Shown piece after piece: positions 33,478 to 43,361 of a DNA stretch of 64,000 nucleotides (the first letter of the stretch is position 1; each line of letters starts with the position of its first letter). The DNA lies in assembly GCA_902490315.1 (NCBI GenBank), contig CABUDK010000001.1:1405-65404 (forward strand). The letters are read 5' to 3'. The notes beneath the pieces are model-generated. The model had not been told where the DNA came from and searched no databases. It was given only the letters and a program-made list of their open reading frames with translations. A program made the translations under genes and the position numbers. The stretch is from an uncultured Porphyromonas sp. GTDB taxonomy: Bacteria; Bacteroidota; Bacteroidia; Bacteroidales; Porphyromonadaceae.

Positions 33478-33582
33478 CTAGGCGTTGGGATACCCTAGGC
33501 AGACGCTAGGGCGTAGGCTCCGCAGTAGAGGAGGTCTACACGAGAGGCTCCGAGTCTTACTCGGCGGTAAGGAGTCGTCCAT
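33478..33582 (-). CDS. Putative proline-rich leader peptide (34 aa) upstream of corA
   Basis: MDDSLPPSKTRSLSCRPPLLRSLRPSVCLGYPNA*, 6 Pro including two PP, A-rich upstream context, inside the predicted corA 5' leader. Confidence 0.35.
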   Translation of the reverse strand: MDDSLPPSKTRSLSCRPPLLRSLRPSVCLGYPNA

Positions 33583-33683
33583 AACGTTTTTAGGGATATA
33601 AAGTTTGAGTGATCAGTGAATTGAAGAGCGCGACAAACAGACCCGTCAGATGAGTGCAGGCATCTGTGCCACAACTCTGCCCG

Positions 33684-33691
33684 CAAAGGTA
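33684..33691 (-). promoter_or_regulatory. -7 promoter element giving corA a ~285 nt leader
   Basis: TACCTTTG on the minus strand. Confidence 0.65.
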
Positions 33692-33933
33692 CGAAAAAAC
33701 AGAGTCATGGGTATAAGTTTCTGAGAGAATACAAGACTGATACGCAAGCAGCGAGGGCAAGATGCCCCAAAAATAGAACACATCTGTAATTCACTCTTTG
33801 TTGCAAGGGAATCCTGTCTAACTTTCCCCAAGTGCACTTTGGAATAAACTACCAGTTGCTTACCGTTAAGACTTTATGGATCCCTTTGAGAGTATCTCTA
33901 TAGTCGTTTTTGCGTCAAATACTGTACAGACCT

Positions 33934-33978
33934 ATACAACAAAAGGATATACCTAACAGGCATATCCTCTTGTTGTAT
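33934..33978. terminator. Hairpin downstream of the adhesin gene
   Basis: atacaacaa.aggatat...atatcct.ttgttgtat inverted repeat. Confidence 0.6.
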
Positions 33979-34051
33979 GTTCAGAAGGGTCATTGACTTT
34001 TTGAAAGTCTATCTCCAAAAGTGGTTGATTTGATTACGTAACAGGCATTTT

Positions 34052-37000
34052 TTACCTTACAACTGCCTTTTTGGTGGTTTGACCTATCTTTATAATGTAG
34101 CTTCCGCTCGGAACTTGGATATACTGGCTCTTTCCTGATGTTTGAAACGAGGCCACGGAGATACCACTGGCGGTCCACACGTCCACCTGCGAGCCAGCTG
34201 GAGCATTGACGCACAATGCGCCCTGCAAGCCTAGAACTTCACACTCAGTATCCTGAAGGATTTCCTCAACACCAGTTGACAAGACGAGCATGGTGTTCGA
34301 CTTGGCATATTCAACGCCATCAACACATACAGAAACATTAAAACGATCACCAACGGTTACATTTTCAACGTGATAGGAGCATTGCTCTAAATCACTTGAA
34401 ATGACATTATCATTCTTGTAAACTCGATAAGTCACGATGGGTTCACCACTTGCTGGAATATAGTCGATATCATCAATCATGATACCGAAGCAATCGAAAC
34501 TGCGATAGCGTATGGCAAAGTATTTGGAGTCCTGCGGAAGGGTAAACGAACATTGCTGCCATGCCATGTCTGATTTCTGTATCGTCTCCAAGAGTGTGAA
34601 GTCTGCGATATCGTCCGTCTTATTAGAAACGAGAAACTCTACAATTTCTGGCACATATTTTTCGTTAAGAATATTCAGGAAGAATGACATGTCGGTTCCA
34701 CCTTTAACTGCTGGAGAAATTAGCCAATCGTCAGCCTTGGACGCTTCGTCGTCTGGACACAATGCCAATAGGCATTGCTCCCCCCCATGTGGTCTATAGC
34801 TTTCCATGGTAATGTTGGCCAGCTCGTAGTTGAGTACCTGAAAGGCTTTAGCATATCCCTGATGTGGGATTTTAAAACCAGTCAGAGTATAAGTATTCTT
34901 CTTGTCCATGTCCACGTTTTTGAATTCTGCCAACTTGGACCCATAATAAAAAGGAGTACATTTCTCAAAGCCCTGAACGCCGACGAGCTTCCCAACGCTG
35001 GACCAAGAAAGATTCATGCCGCCACCAGATTCGTCTAACTTTCCTGAGAGATCTGTGATAACCGGTTTTTCTCCTTTCAAAACTGTCGCTTGGATTTCCA
35101 AACTATTATTCGTGAGTACATCGTCTGGTTGTAAAATCTCAAATTTTACTTGTATGTCTCCTAGCAGATCGGTCGTAGCATCAAATTCGTATTCGAAACT
35201 GATGACTTGATTCGGAGCAATATCAAGTGGCGTATCTTGGCTCACAACATCAAAGGATGATACTTCCACACCTCGTGCAAAGAGACTGAAGCGCGCTTTG
35301 CTTAACTGTGCTTGCTGCGTGCCAAAGTTTTCAACTGTAGCTTTGTAATGAACTTTCTCACCTATCGATGTCTCTAGGTTCCCATCAAGCATCGTAACAG
35401 CCAGATCATGTGGTGTCTCTGGACGAATTAGATACTTGTCTATCAGCAAGTATTCGTCTTCGCTCTCGCCTGGATAGTTAGCCGTGAGATACCAGCCTAC
35501 CCATTTTTCACCATCAAAATCTGAAGGCAGGGCAAATGAAACTTTCTTCCACCCCTTTCCCATCGTGGCGTCAATCGTTCCCAAGAGAGTCTCCTGGATG
35601 CCAAAAGCATATGCGTACACTTGAGTCTTGGGCATCAGATCATGGAAATATGCTTCTATTTCAATATTTACCTGTGTCTGTCCTTCCATGGAAAATTTAG
35701 GAAGAGAAAGCTTTGCGCGACTTTTGCCGTAATGTGTGATGTAGCCCACCATGGCTCTACCACTTTCATTTGCCGCCTCCTTCAAAACGTCTGCAGGATC
35801 CATGAAGCCCCAGGTGGCATTTGAATTCTCATCAATCTCTTCGGGAGCTACAGGCTTGAAATTAAACTGCTTATTCCTTAAATACTCGACGATTGGGAGT
35901 GTGTATGGAGTCCCGATCATTCCTGAGACCCCCACGACCTCTTTATTCTCCCCCATACTGCTTGACGCTGTGATGCCTAGATTCGCAATCTGAAGGGCCT
36001 CGCCTACAGGAAGAGTGTAATTGTAGGATGTAGCATTGCCTACGTCAACAAAGTCTACCCATGTCCCCATGCCAGCCTCTTCTTTGTATTTCTTCACCTT
36101 GTAGGTCACTTCGGCAGGGTCTACATATCCTCCATTGAGTCCCACTGTGTTTTTCTGCCAAGACAGCTGCAACGTCATATTGTCCTTACTTACTGAGGTA
36201 GACACTTCTGGTACAGATGGAATATCCTTTCCCGTAAACAGTTTCTTAGTGACGGAAAGTCCTTCTCCGTCGGCATTGGCTACTGTTACCGAAATTTCGT
36301 TGTAGCCCTGCTCAGTCTTTATTGTGGCACTCTGCTCGGTTCCAGGTAACCCAGTTACTGTAATCTTAGCCGTTCCACATGTTAGAACGGCCGTAAGTGG
36401 CTTGTCTGCAGCAAGAGGGAAAAATGCAGCAGTCTGTTGTGGCATTGTAAAGCTGACAACTGCCTCTGTCTGTCCAAGCTCTGCTGCTTTTACCACAACA
36501 TTTTCGGGACAGGCTGGAACACCGATACTCTTGTCTGTTTCCTCTACACCAAGATTGCGCACATATAGCCTCCAGCCATTTCGGGGCGATGTGGCTCTTA
36601 CTGCCACATAGTACAATCCTGGTTCCTCAGCATGAAAATAAGCTTTGTAGCTGGCATATTGCAGCTCTCCATAGATCATTCCCGATGAGAAAATCAGTTT
36701 AAGGTCTTTCGGATCTGGTGTCCGACCGACATACATTTCAAACGACTCTCCGTAGGTCGCATTGCTCGGAGATGCCTCGATGGAGAACATATAAAGATGG
36801 CTTGTTTCTGTAATCTTCACTGCTGGAAGAATCACATAGTCATCTGCATCTTGCTTGGTGGAGTAGCGATACATTAAGGCTTTTTTCTTGGCCTCGAACT
36901 GCCAGGTACGTTCGTCGTGATTGTTGTCTACGATCTTGAAGTTTGCAAAGTCTTTTTTCGTAGGTGCAAAAACGAAGGGGACGTTTACCGAACTGTCGGC

Positions 37001-37222
37001 ATTAAGGGTTACAGTACCTAGCTGCTGTGTCTCAGAGGTGGAAAGATTCAGCTGCTTAGACGCTCTTGAGGATGGCTCCTTTTGGTGCAAAGGCGTAACC
37101 ATTGTCTGCAATCGCTTGTTGACTTGCTCGTCCAAATGCTTTTGGCTGCTCCCGGAGGTATCGCACCATCCTCTGGAAAAAAGACAAAGCAATAGCGTTA
37201 ATAGGAGTAATGCTCTTTTCAT
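34052..37222 (-). CDS. Large secreted protein with cleaved-adhesin-like domains and T9SS C-terminal domain
   Basis: Signal peptide; ADDYVILP and ADDWLISP...YFAIRY...GIMIDDI cleaved-adhesin motifs; CARDB-like DLAV..V.N.G..D.V..NN; CTD G.YIIK...KK.VVR. Confidence 0.8.
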   Translation of the reverse strand: MKRALLLLTLLLCLFSRGWCDTSGSSQKHLDEQVNKRLQTMVTPLHQKEPSSRASKQLNLSTSETQQLGTVTLNADSSVNVPFVFAPTKKDFANFKIVDNNHDERTWQFEAKKKALMYRYSTKQDADDYVILPAVKITETSHLYMFSIEASPSNATYGESFEMYVGRTPDPKDLKLIFSSGMIYGELQYASYKAYFHAEEPGLYYVAVRATSPRNGWRLYVRNLGVEETDKSIGVPACPENVVVKAAELGQTEAVVSFTMPQQTAAFFPLAADKPLTAVLTCGTAKITVTGLPGTEQSATIKTEQGYNEISVTVANADGEGLSVTKKLFTGKDIPSVPEVSTSVSKDNMTLQLSWQKNTVGLNGGYVDPAEVTYKVKKYKEEAGMGTWVDFVDVGNATSYNYTLPVGEALQIANLGITASSSMGENKEVVGVSGMIGTPYTLPIVEYLRNKQFNFKPVAPEEIDENSNATWGFMDPADVLKEAANESGRAMVGYITHYGKSRAKLSLPKFSMEGQTQVNIEIEAYFHDLMPKTQVYAYAFGIQETLLGTIDATMGKGWKKVSFALPSDFDGEKWVGWYLTANYPGESEDEYLLIDKYLIRPETPHDLAVTMLDGNLETSIGEKVHYKATVENFGTQQAQLSKARFSLFARGVEVSSFDVVSQDTPLDIAPNQVISFEYEFDATTDLLGDIQVKFEILQPDDVLTNNSLEIQATVLKGEKPVITDLSGKLDESGGGMNLSWSSVGKLVGVQGFEKCTPFYYGSKLAEFKNVDMDKKNTYTLTGFKIPHQGYAKAFQVLNYELANITMESYRPHGGEQCLLALCPDDEASKADDWLISPAVKGGTDMSFFLNILNEKYVPEIVEFLVSNKTDDIADFTLLETIQKSDMAWQQCSFTLPQDSKYFAIRYRSFDCFGIMIDDIDYIPASGEPIVTYRVYKNDNVISSDLEQCSYHVENVTVGDRFNVSVCVDGVEYAKSNTMLVLSTGVEEILQDTECEVLGLQGALCVNAPAGSQVDVWTASGISVASFQTSGKSQYIQVPSGSYIIKIGQTTKKAVVR

Positions 37223-37453
37223 AGTCTTGTTGTTTAGGTCTGTTATATCAATTAATCCAGTTCGCGCATGTGATAGCTTTTATGTTTCTCTATGGTATGA
37301 ACGCAAAAGAGCTACAACAAAAACTATCGATTAGGGAGCCTGAGAAAATTTGTGGAACCCTACAGTGCGAAGATACAAAACTTTCCTATATAGCCATCTC
37401 TTTCTGTAACAGCGTCATACTGCATACATTCTATGCCTTTAATACAATTCAGG

Positions 37454-38470
37454 TTACTCGATCACGACGATGAGCGTGGCAAGCGTGGGGCAGTTGTCAT
37501 AGACAAACTTAGCGTGCGAACTGGCATTGCGAACGCACATATGGGAGCGGGGGATCGTGCCGAGCGATGGACTGTACTCGACGATCTTACCCTTGGGATT
37601 GTTTACGGGGACACCATGTATATAGGCGCCGCAAGTGAAGCGGCTAGCCCACGGGGCAAAGCCTGCGATACGACTGGAGCCGTCACTGGTGTAAAACATC
37701 TTAGGCTTCTTCTGCTGCAGGAGGAAGATACCTATGGGCGTCTCCTTGGCATGGGGAGGCTTGTGGCGACCCGTCGTGGCGGGGTTGATACTCCGCACGA
37801 GGTAGTGTGCTGGCGACTGACGCTTCAGCACGATGATGTGCTGGTTCTTGCGATCTACTACGATCACGTGCGAGAAGGTAACATCGGGTTTCAAGAGCTT
37901 GACATAGCGCTTAGGCACATACCAGTCAGCTTCGGGAGATTCGGCTCGTCCTTGCCAGAACTTACTGCCCAGTGTGTCGGTCATGGCTATGAGCGTCCCG
38001 TCGCGACCGTAAAGCTCAGGTTTGAGGGTGTCTGTGGGTGCGTAGAGTGGCACCGACTGATAGCGCTCCACACCGAGCGAGTCGGAGACTAACTTATAGC
38101 TGTCGCGAGACCACGATTTGGTGAGTGGAGCTTCTCCGTTTGCGTTCTTATAGTTTTGCAGTACGCCCCACTGATGTGGTTCTGCTTGTAGCTGCTCTAT
38201 GCGGAGGAGCTGCTCTCGTATCTTATCCCACTGTATGGTGCGCGTCTCTTCCTTATATTCGTAGGAATCTTCGAGCGTATACTTGTCAAAGGAGAGCTCT
38301 CGGTCGATGACAATCTGCTCAGCTGTGAGCTCAGGTTGAGGCTCAGCCACAACGGTGTCTGCAGCCACGATCGTATCCATAGGGGTCACCTCAGCACTGC
38401 TATCAGTGGAGGGTTGACAAGCCAGCAAGAGCGTGAGTGCAAGTGGTAAGAAGGTCATAATGTTTTTCAT
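37454..38470 (-). CDS. L,D-transpeptidase family lipoprotein
   Basis: Lipobox LLAC; IHG...SHMCVRN catalytic motif. Confidence 0.88.
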   Translation of the reverse strand: MKNIMTFLPLALTLLLACQPSTDSSAEVTPMDTIVAADTVVAEPQPELTAEQIVIDRELSFDKYTLEDSYEYKEETRTIQWDKIREQLLRIEQLQAEPHQWGVLQNYKNANGEAPLTKSWSRDSYKLVSDSLGVERYQSVPLYAPTDTLKPELYGRDGTLIAMTDTLGSKFWQGRAESPEADWYVPKRYVKLLKPDVTFSHVIVVDRKNQHIIVLKRQSPAHYLVRSINPATTGRHKPPHAKETPIGIFLLQQKKPKMFYTSDGSSRIAGFAPWASRFTCGAYIHGVPVNNPKGKIVEYSPSLGTIPRSHMCVRNASSHAKFVYDNCPTLATLIVVIE

Positions 38471-38482
38471 AAGAGTGGTAAG

Positions 38483-39154
38483 TTACTGGGAGCTGTCGAC
38501 TCCTTTGAGCTGTGGCAAATGCCAGTGATAGTGCGCTGCTAGGATGCGTATCAGGATGACCATGCCAGCTGATATGAGCTGTGCGTAGATCGTATCTATA
38601 GTCACAAAGCGAAGCATCAGTGTGTAGATGACACCTCCAGCGATGCAGGCCAAGGCGTAGATATCTTGGCGACAAATGAGGGGTGTCTCGTTGAGGATAA
38701 TGTCTCGCAGTAACCCTCCGAAGGAGCCAGTTACCGTACCCATGATGACCGCTACCCAACTGGGGAAACCCATGGCGAGTGTCTTGTCCACGCCCACCAC
38801 CATAAAGAGTCCCAGACCGATAGCGTCAAAAACAAAGACCGTCGGAGCTGTGCGGATCAGGATCTTTCTGAAGATATATACGTAGAGTAGCGCCACAAAG
38901 GTGATAATTAGGTAGGAGGGCTGTAACATCCAGAAAGGGGTCGTGCCGAGAAATAGGTCTCGTAGCGTACCTCCGCCCACAGCGGTCGTGACTCCCAGCA
39001 CATAAGCTCCGAACCAGTCCATCTGCTTGGTCGATGCTAGACGTATGCCAGAGATAGCGAAGGCGAAGGTCCCGATGAAGTCTAGAATCCTCGTCACCGT
39101 CACCTCTGACCACACAAAAGCTGAGAGGTCGTAGCCTAATATCTGATCCAACAT
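38483..39154 (-). CDS. Trimeric intracellular cation channel (UPF0126) family protein
   Basis: GTFAFAISG, GGGTLRD, DAIGLG, GGLLRD. Confidence 0.92.
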   Translation of the reverse strand: MLDQILGYDLSAFVWSEVTVTRILDFIGTFAFAISGIRLASTKQMDWFGAYVLGVTTAVGGGTLRDLFLGTTPFWMLQPSYLIITFVALLYVYIFRKILIRTAPTVFVFDAIGLGLFMVVGVDKTLAMGFPSWVAVIMGTVTGSFGGLLRDIILNETPLICRQDIYALACIAGGVIYTLMLRFVTIDTIYAQLISAGMVILIRILAAHYHWHLPQLKGVDSSQ

Positions 39155-39161
39155 CTATCCT

Positions 39162-39797
39162 CTAATGCTTAGCTCTTGAGGAGAGTAGCGAACGTACATT
39201 GTCTATCAGCAGACGTACCGCAACGGAGTTAAACCCTCCCTCGGGGATGATCAAATCTGCGTAGCGTCGTGAAGGCTCGACAAACTGCTGGTGCATCGGT
39301 TTGACCGTCGTGAGGTATTGTTCGATGACTGAGTCGACACTGCGTCCACGCTCCTTGACGTCGCGCTGTATGCGACGCGCCAGGCGCACATCGTCGTCTG
39401 TCTGTACGTAGATCTTGACATCCATCAGGTCACGTAGCTCCTCATTCTCAAAGATCAAGATGCCGTCGATGATCAGCACACAAGGCGGATCTATGGTGAC
39501 CGTCTCGGGGATGCGGTTGTGATTGACAAAGGAGTAGACGGGGCGCTCCACGCTGTGACCCTCGCAAAGCTGGTTTATCTGCTCGCACATCAGCCTCGTA
39601 TCGAAGGCGTCGGGGTGATCATAGTTGAGCTTAGCACGCTGCTCCAGAGGTAGCTCATCGTGCGCCTTGTAATAGTAGTCGTGACTGAGGACTACGACAT
39701 CCTCATCAACAAAGGTCTCCTGCAGACGGCGCACTAGGGTGCTCTTGCCCGAGGCTGTGCCACCCGCTACGCCTATGATAATCGGTTTGTGCTTCAT
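39162..39797 (-). CDS. udk: Uridine kinase
   Basis: GVAGGTASGKST, NYDHPDAFD, RRIQRDVKERGR, FVEPS..YAD. Confidence 0.95.
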   Translation of the reverse strand: MKHKPIIIGVAGGTASGKSTLVRRLQETFVDEDVVVLSHDYYYKAHDELPLEQRAKLNYDHPDAFDTRLMCEQINQLCEGHSVERPVYSFVNHNRIPETVTIDPPCVLIIDGILIFENEELRDLMDVKIYVQTDDDVRLARRIQRDVKERGRSVDSVIEQYLTTVKPMHQQFVEPSRRYADLIIPEGGFNSVAVRLLIDNVRSLLSSRAKH

Positions 39798-39815
39798 AGC
39801 TTCAGCGAAATAGTC

Positions 39816-40880
39816 TTATGGGTTTACTATAAATAGGTATCTCCGCGCAGCGCAGCGCTCCATAATCTCTAGTAGGGAGTCGTACGAAGCTCCCGCTAGC
39901 GACACTTCTAGTCGAGACCCCTGGGGAAAGGCCTCTATGTCTGCTTCTAGCTCGGCAAGCGTCAGAGAGATGGTATGCGGTGCGAGTAGCGTGTCTGTGG
40001 AAGCGCTCGCCTTGCGACGCCACCGCGCTAAGCGATGCTGTAGGTTGATAGCGGCAAGTACGAGTGGCGTGGTCACATGTCGACTCCACCAATTCTCCCC
40101 CTGATGCTTGAGATAGAAGAGGCGCATCGCTCCGTAGAAGTTCTCCTCGTAGCGCACCCTGTCGACCGCCTGCTCCGACTCGCCCTTGTAGTGTAGCACT
40201 GGCGTCGGGAGGTAGTAGTTGTGGTAACCCGCCCGCTCTATTGTGTAGCAGAGATCTATATCCTCGCCATACATAAAGTAGCGCTCGTCTAGTCCGCCCA
40301 CCGCTAGGTATAGTGCCCGTCGCATCATCAAGAAAGCACCTGTCAGCACTGGCACCTGCTGCACCTCATCAGGCGAGAGATGCCCCTGGTAGTAACCATT
40401 GAGCCACGCAGAGTGAGGAGCCACGCGGTAGAGACGTGTGAAGCGGCAGAAGCTATGCCACAGCGTAGGCACGCCCCGCTTACACTCGGGGTGCATCACG
40501 CCAGACTGATTAATGAGCCGAGGCCCCACGGCACCAGCATCGGGATGGGTCTGGAGAAAAGTCAAGCAGTAGGCGAGTGTCGACTCACCCACCAGCGTAT
40601 CGGGGTTGAGTAGTAGGAGATAGTCGCCATGCGCCTCGGCGATCGCTTGGTTGTTGCCATGGGCAAAGCCTCCGTTCGTAGCACTCTCCAGTAGCTTGAC
40701 CCTAGTCTCCGCACCAAAGGCTGTGCGGAGACGAGTCATCGAGTCATCGCCCGAGGCATTGTCCAGCACGATCACCTCTACCTCTCCCTCGATCTGACGA
40801 CAACTAGCCAGCACCGAGCGAACCGCCTCGATGGTCAGCTGTGGCACCTTGTAGTTGACTAGAACGACCGAGAGGAGCAT
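39816..40880 (-). CDS. Glycosyltransferase family 2
   Basis: DNASGD, N.GFAHGNN, LLNPDT, GGLDERYFMYGEDIDL. Confidence 0.92.
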   Translation of the reverse strand: MLLSVVLVNYKVPQLTIEAVRSVLASCRQIEGEVEVIVLDNASGDDSMTRLRTAFGAETRVKLLESATNGGFAHGNNQAIAEAHGDYLLLLNPDTLVGESTLAYCLTFLQTHPDAGAVGPRLINQSGVMHPECKRGVPTLWHSFCRFTRLYRVAPHSAWLNGYYQGHLSPDEVQQVPVLTGAFLMMRRALYLAVGGLDERYFMYGEDIDLCYTIERAGYHNYYLPTPVLHYKGESEQAVDRVRYEENFYGAMRLFYLKHQGENWWSRHVTTPLVLAAINLQHRLARWRRKASASTDTLLAPHTISLTLAELEADIEAFPQGSRLEVSLAGASYDSLLEIMERCAARRYLFIVNP

Positions 40881-40898
40881 AGGGCTTCCCTTTTTGTG

Positions 40899-42209
40899 CT
40901 AGGCAGAGACCGTGATGAGGTAGTAGTTCTTCTTACCTCGCTGTACGATCAGATACTTGCCAGCGATCAGGTCGTCGGTGGTGACCACACAATCTTGGTC
41001 AGCAACTTTCTCCTTGTTGAGGCTGATGCCATTCGAAGCGATCAACTTGCGCAGTTCGCCCTTGGACTTAAAGATCGGAGCATGCTCCACCAGCAGGTCT
41101 AGCAGCTTCACACCATCTGCCTGCTCTAGGAGCGTCCGTGCGACGTTGTAGTTCGGTACGCCCGCCATCACCTCCTTGAGTAGCTCCTCAGACATCTGAC
41201 GCAGCTGGTCGTGCGTGTTATTGCCAAAAAGTATCTGCCCAGCCGACATGCTCTGCTCGTAGTCCTCACGCCCGTGTACCATGACCGTGAGCTGCTCTGC
41301 GAGTGTATGCTGGAGGAGGCGCTCATGCGGTGCCTGACGATGACGCTCTATGAGCGAGTCGATCTCCTCTAATGGAATGCTGGTAAAGATCTTGACAAAG
41401 CGCTCGGCATCCTCGTCCGATACGTTGAGCCAGAACTGACAGAAGGTGTAGGGCGACGTGTAGCGACGATCTAGCCAGACATTGCCCTGCTCTGTCTTAC
41501 CAAACTTCGTGCCGTCAGCCTTTTTGATCAGCGGACAGGTCACGCCAAAGGCTTCACCGCCCTCGATACGGCGTATCAGCTCCGTACCAGTCGTGATATT
41601 GCCCCACTGATCGGAACCGCCCATCTGCACACGGCAGCCGTACTCGCGGTAGAGGTGCAGGTAGTCGTAGCCCTGGAGGAGCTGGTAGGAGAACTCGGTG
41701 AAGGAGAGTCCCGCCTCGGCATTCGCCTCGAGGCGTCGCTTGACGCTATCCTTCGCCATCATATAGTTCACCGTGATATGCTTACCGATGTCTCGGATGA
41801 AGTTGAGGAAGCTGTAATCCTTCATCCAGTCGTAGTTGTTGAGGAGCAGCGCCTTATTGGGAGCATCGGACTCAAAGTCGAGGAAGTGTCCCAGCTGACG
41901 ACCGATGCACTCCTGATTGTGCCGGAGCGTATCCATATCTAGTAGGTTGCGCTCTTGGGACTTCATAGAGGGGTCGCCGATCATGCCAGTAGCTCCACCC
42001 AGTAGAGCGATAGGTCTGTGTCCAGCCCGCTGTAGGTGTCGTAGCATCATCACGCCGACGAGGTGACCGATATGGAGCGAGTCAGCTGTCGGGTCAAAGC
42101 CCACGTAGGCAGTCGTCAGATGCTCTGTAAGTTGCTCTTCGGTGCCTGGCATGATATTATGAATCATTCCACGCGCCTTCAGTTCGCTAATCAGTGAGGA
42201 GTGGCTCAT
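40899..42209 (-). CDS. tyrS: Tyrosyl-tRNA synthetase
   Basis: [30 protein letters not shown]-terminal S4-like domain. Confidence 0.97.
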   Translation of the reverse strand: MSHSSLISELKARGMIHNIMPGTEEQLTEHLTTAYVGFDPTADSLHIGHLVGVMMLRHLQRAGHRPIALLGGATGMIGDPSMKSQERNLLDMDTLRHNQECIGRQLGHFLDFESDAPNKALLLNNYDWMKDYSFLNFIRDIGKHITVNYMMAKDSVKRRLEANAEAGLSFTEFSYQLLQGYDYLHLYREYGCRVQMGGSDQWGNITTGTELIRRIEGGEAFGVTCPLIKKADGTKFGKTEQGNVWLDRRYTSPYTFCQFWLNVSDEDAERFVKIFTSIPLEEIDSLIERHRQAPHERLLQHTLAEQLTVMVHGREDYEQSMSAGQILFGNNTHDQLRQMSEELLKEVMAGVPNYNVARTLLEQADGVKLLDLLVEHAPIFKSKGELRKLIASNGISLNKEKVADQDCVVTTDDLIAGKYLIVQRGKKNYYLITVSA

Positions 42210-42324
42210 AGTTATTGTCTTGTATTACCTAGATTACAAAGGTACGAATAAATGATCATGAGCGAGCTCTATCCTAAGTTTTAGTGCAAAAACAGAAATT
42301 AGCCGTCAGCCCTGGCCACTCCAA

Positions 42325-42697
42325 CAGGGCTGACGCATTATACCCTATATCCAAGGAGCTATTCCTGACGCCAACCGAGGAATAGATGGATTAAGTCTCG
42401 TCACATAGCGCTATGGACTTATACTATTGCTACTCCTATATCTCCATTGAGGTTAATTCCTCGGAGCAAAAGTCCAAATAGCTCGGAGGAAATCGACCAA
42501 TTCCTCGGAAGAAATTTCTCTTTCTTCCGAGGAATGAAAAAATTCTTCCGAAGAATCAACTCATACTTCGGAAGAATTTTTCATTTGCTCACTGGATAAT
42601 CCTAGATCTTCCATGGAGGATTGTTCTATTTCCTCCATTTCCCAAGATCCTTCATTAAGGCATAGGTAAACCGACCCCGTATAATGCGTCAGCCCTG
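42325..42697. mobile_element. MITE copy A (373 bp, 19-bp perfect TIRs); carries phased-palindrome copy 5
   Basis: cagggctgacgcattatac ... gtataatgcgtcagccctg; near-identical to 48734-49105; no TSD at this copy. Confidence 0.88.
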
Positions 42698-42738
42698 ACC
42701 CCATCAATGTGTCAGCTTGTGGGATGAAATATTATTTG

Positions 42739-42746
42739 TACCTTTG
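42739..42746 (+). promoter_or_regulatory. -7 promoter element of rpsO
   Basis: TACCTTTG ~100 nt upstream of the ATG. Confidence 0.7.
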
Positions 42747-42749
42747 CAG

Positions 42750-42845
42750 GCGGAAATTCATCGTCGTACTCATGGAAGCCCCATAGAGGTGGAGCGTTGG
42801 GTGGCGAGGATGATATGAATGTCTCACAAATAACCTCATAAACAA
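42750..42845 (+). promoter_or_regulatory. Structured rpsO 5' leader, candidate S15 autoregulatory element
   Basis: attcatcgtcgtactc ... gaggatgatatgaat long-range stem enclosing smaller hairpins. Confidence 0.45.
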
Positions 42846-43127
42846 ATGTACCTAGACAGTACCAAGAAGCAGGAGATCTTCGCACAGTACGGAGCCTCTG
42901 CACAGGACACAGGAAGTGTCGAGAGCCAGGTAGCTCTCTTTACTTATCGTATTCAGCACCTCACGGAGCACCTCAAGGACAACAAGAAGGACTTCTCTAC
43001 CTCACGTAGCCTGAAGATGCTCGTAGGTAAGCGTCGTCGTCTGCTAGACTATCTCGCTAAGAAGGATATCGAGCGTTATCGTAAGCTCATCGCTGACCTT
43101 GGCATCCGTCACACGACGAAGTTCTAA
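42846..43127 (+). CDS. rpsO: 30S ribosomal protein S15
   Basis: DTGSVESQVALFT.RI.HLTEHL...KKD....R.L..LVGKRRRLLDYL. Confidence 0.97.
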   Translation: MYLDSTKKQEIFAQYGASAQDTGSVESQVALFTYRIQHLTEHLKDNKKDFSTSRSLKMLVGKRRRLLDYLAKKDIERYRKLIADLGIRHTTKF

Positions 43128-43224
43128 GCAGCGCGTCCAGCCGAAGGTACTGGTGAAGATTAGCCGAAAGAGGACATTCGAAAAATAAATCCTCCAAAGC
43201 TATTGCAGATTCAAAAAGTTTTCG

Positions 43225-43232
43225 TACCTTTG
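43225..43232 (+). promoter_or_regulatory. -7 promoter element (TTG-type -33 at ~43203)
   Basis: ttgcag...TACCTTTG with canonical spacing. Confidence 0.7.
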
Positions 43233-43242
43233 TACTCACAAA

Positions 43243-43359
43243 TCGGCAGGGCACCCTTTAGCACCTCTCGGTGGTTAGGAAGAGCGACGGCTCTTATAAG
43301 TTTTGAGTTTGTGTACTCATAATATATACGAGAGGATTATTAGAGAGTGGGTGTCCGAA
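43243..43359 (+). ncRNA. Candidate structured RNA between the promoter and tRNA-Gly
   Basis: Nested stems gggcaccc/gggtgtcc and cctctcg/cgagagg enclosing hairpins aagagc/gctctt and tgagt/actca. Confidence 0.5.
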
Positions 43360-43361
43360 AT

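Noticed and set aside
43130..43180. ctggtga...gaaa segment after rpsO as a hammerhead ribozyme
   Set aside because: Core mismatches CUGANGA and stems II/III cannot be formed convincingly
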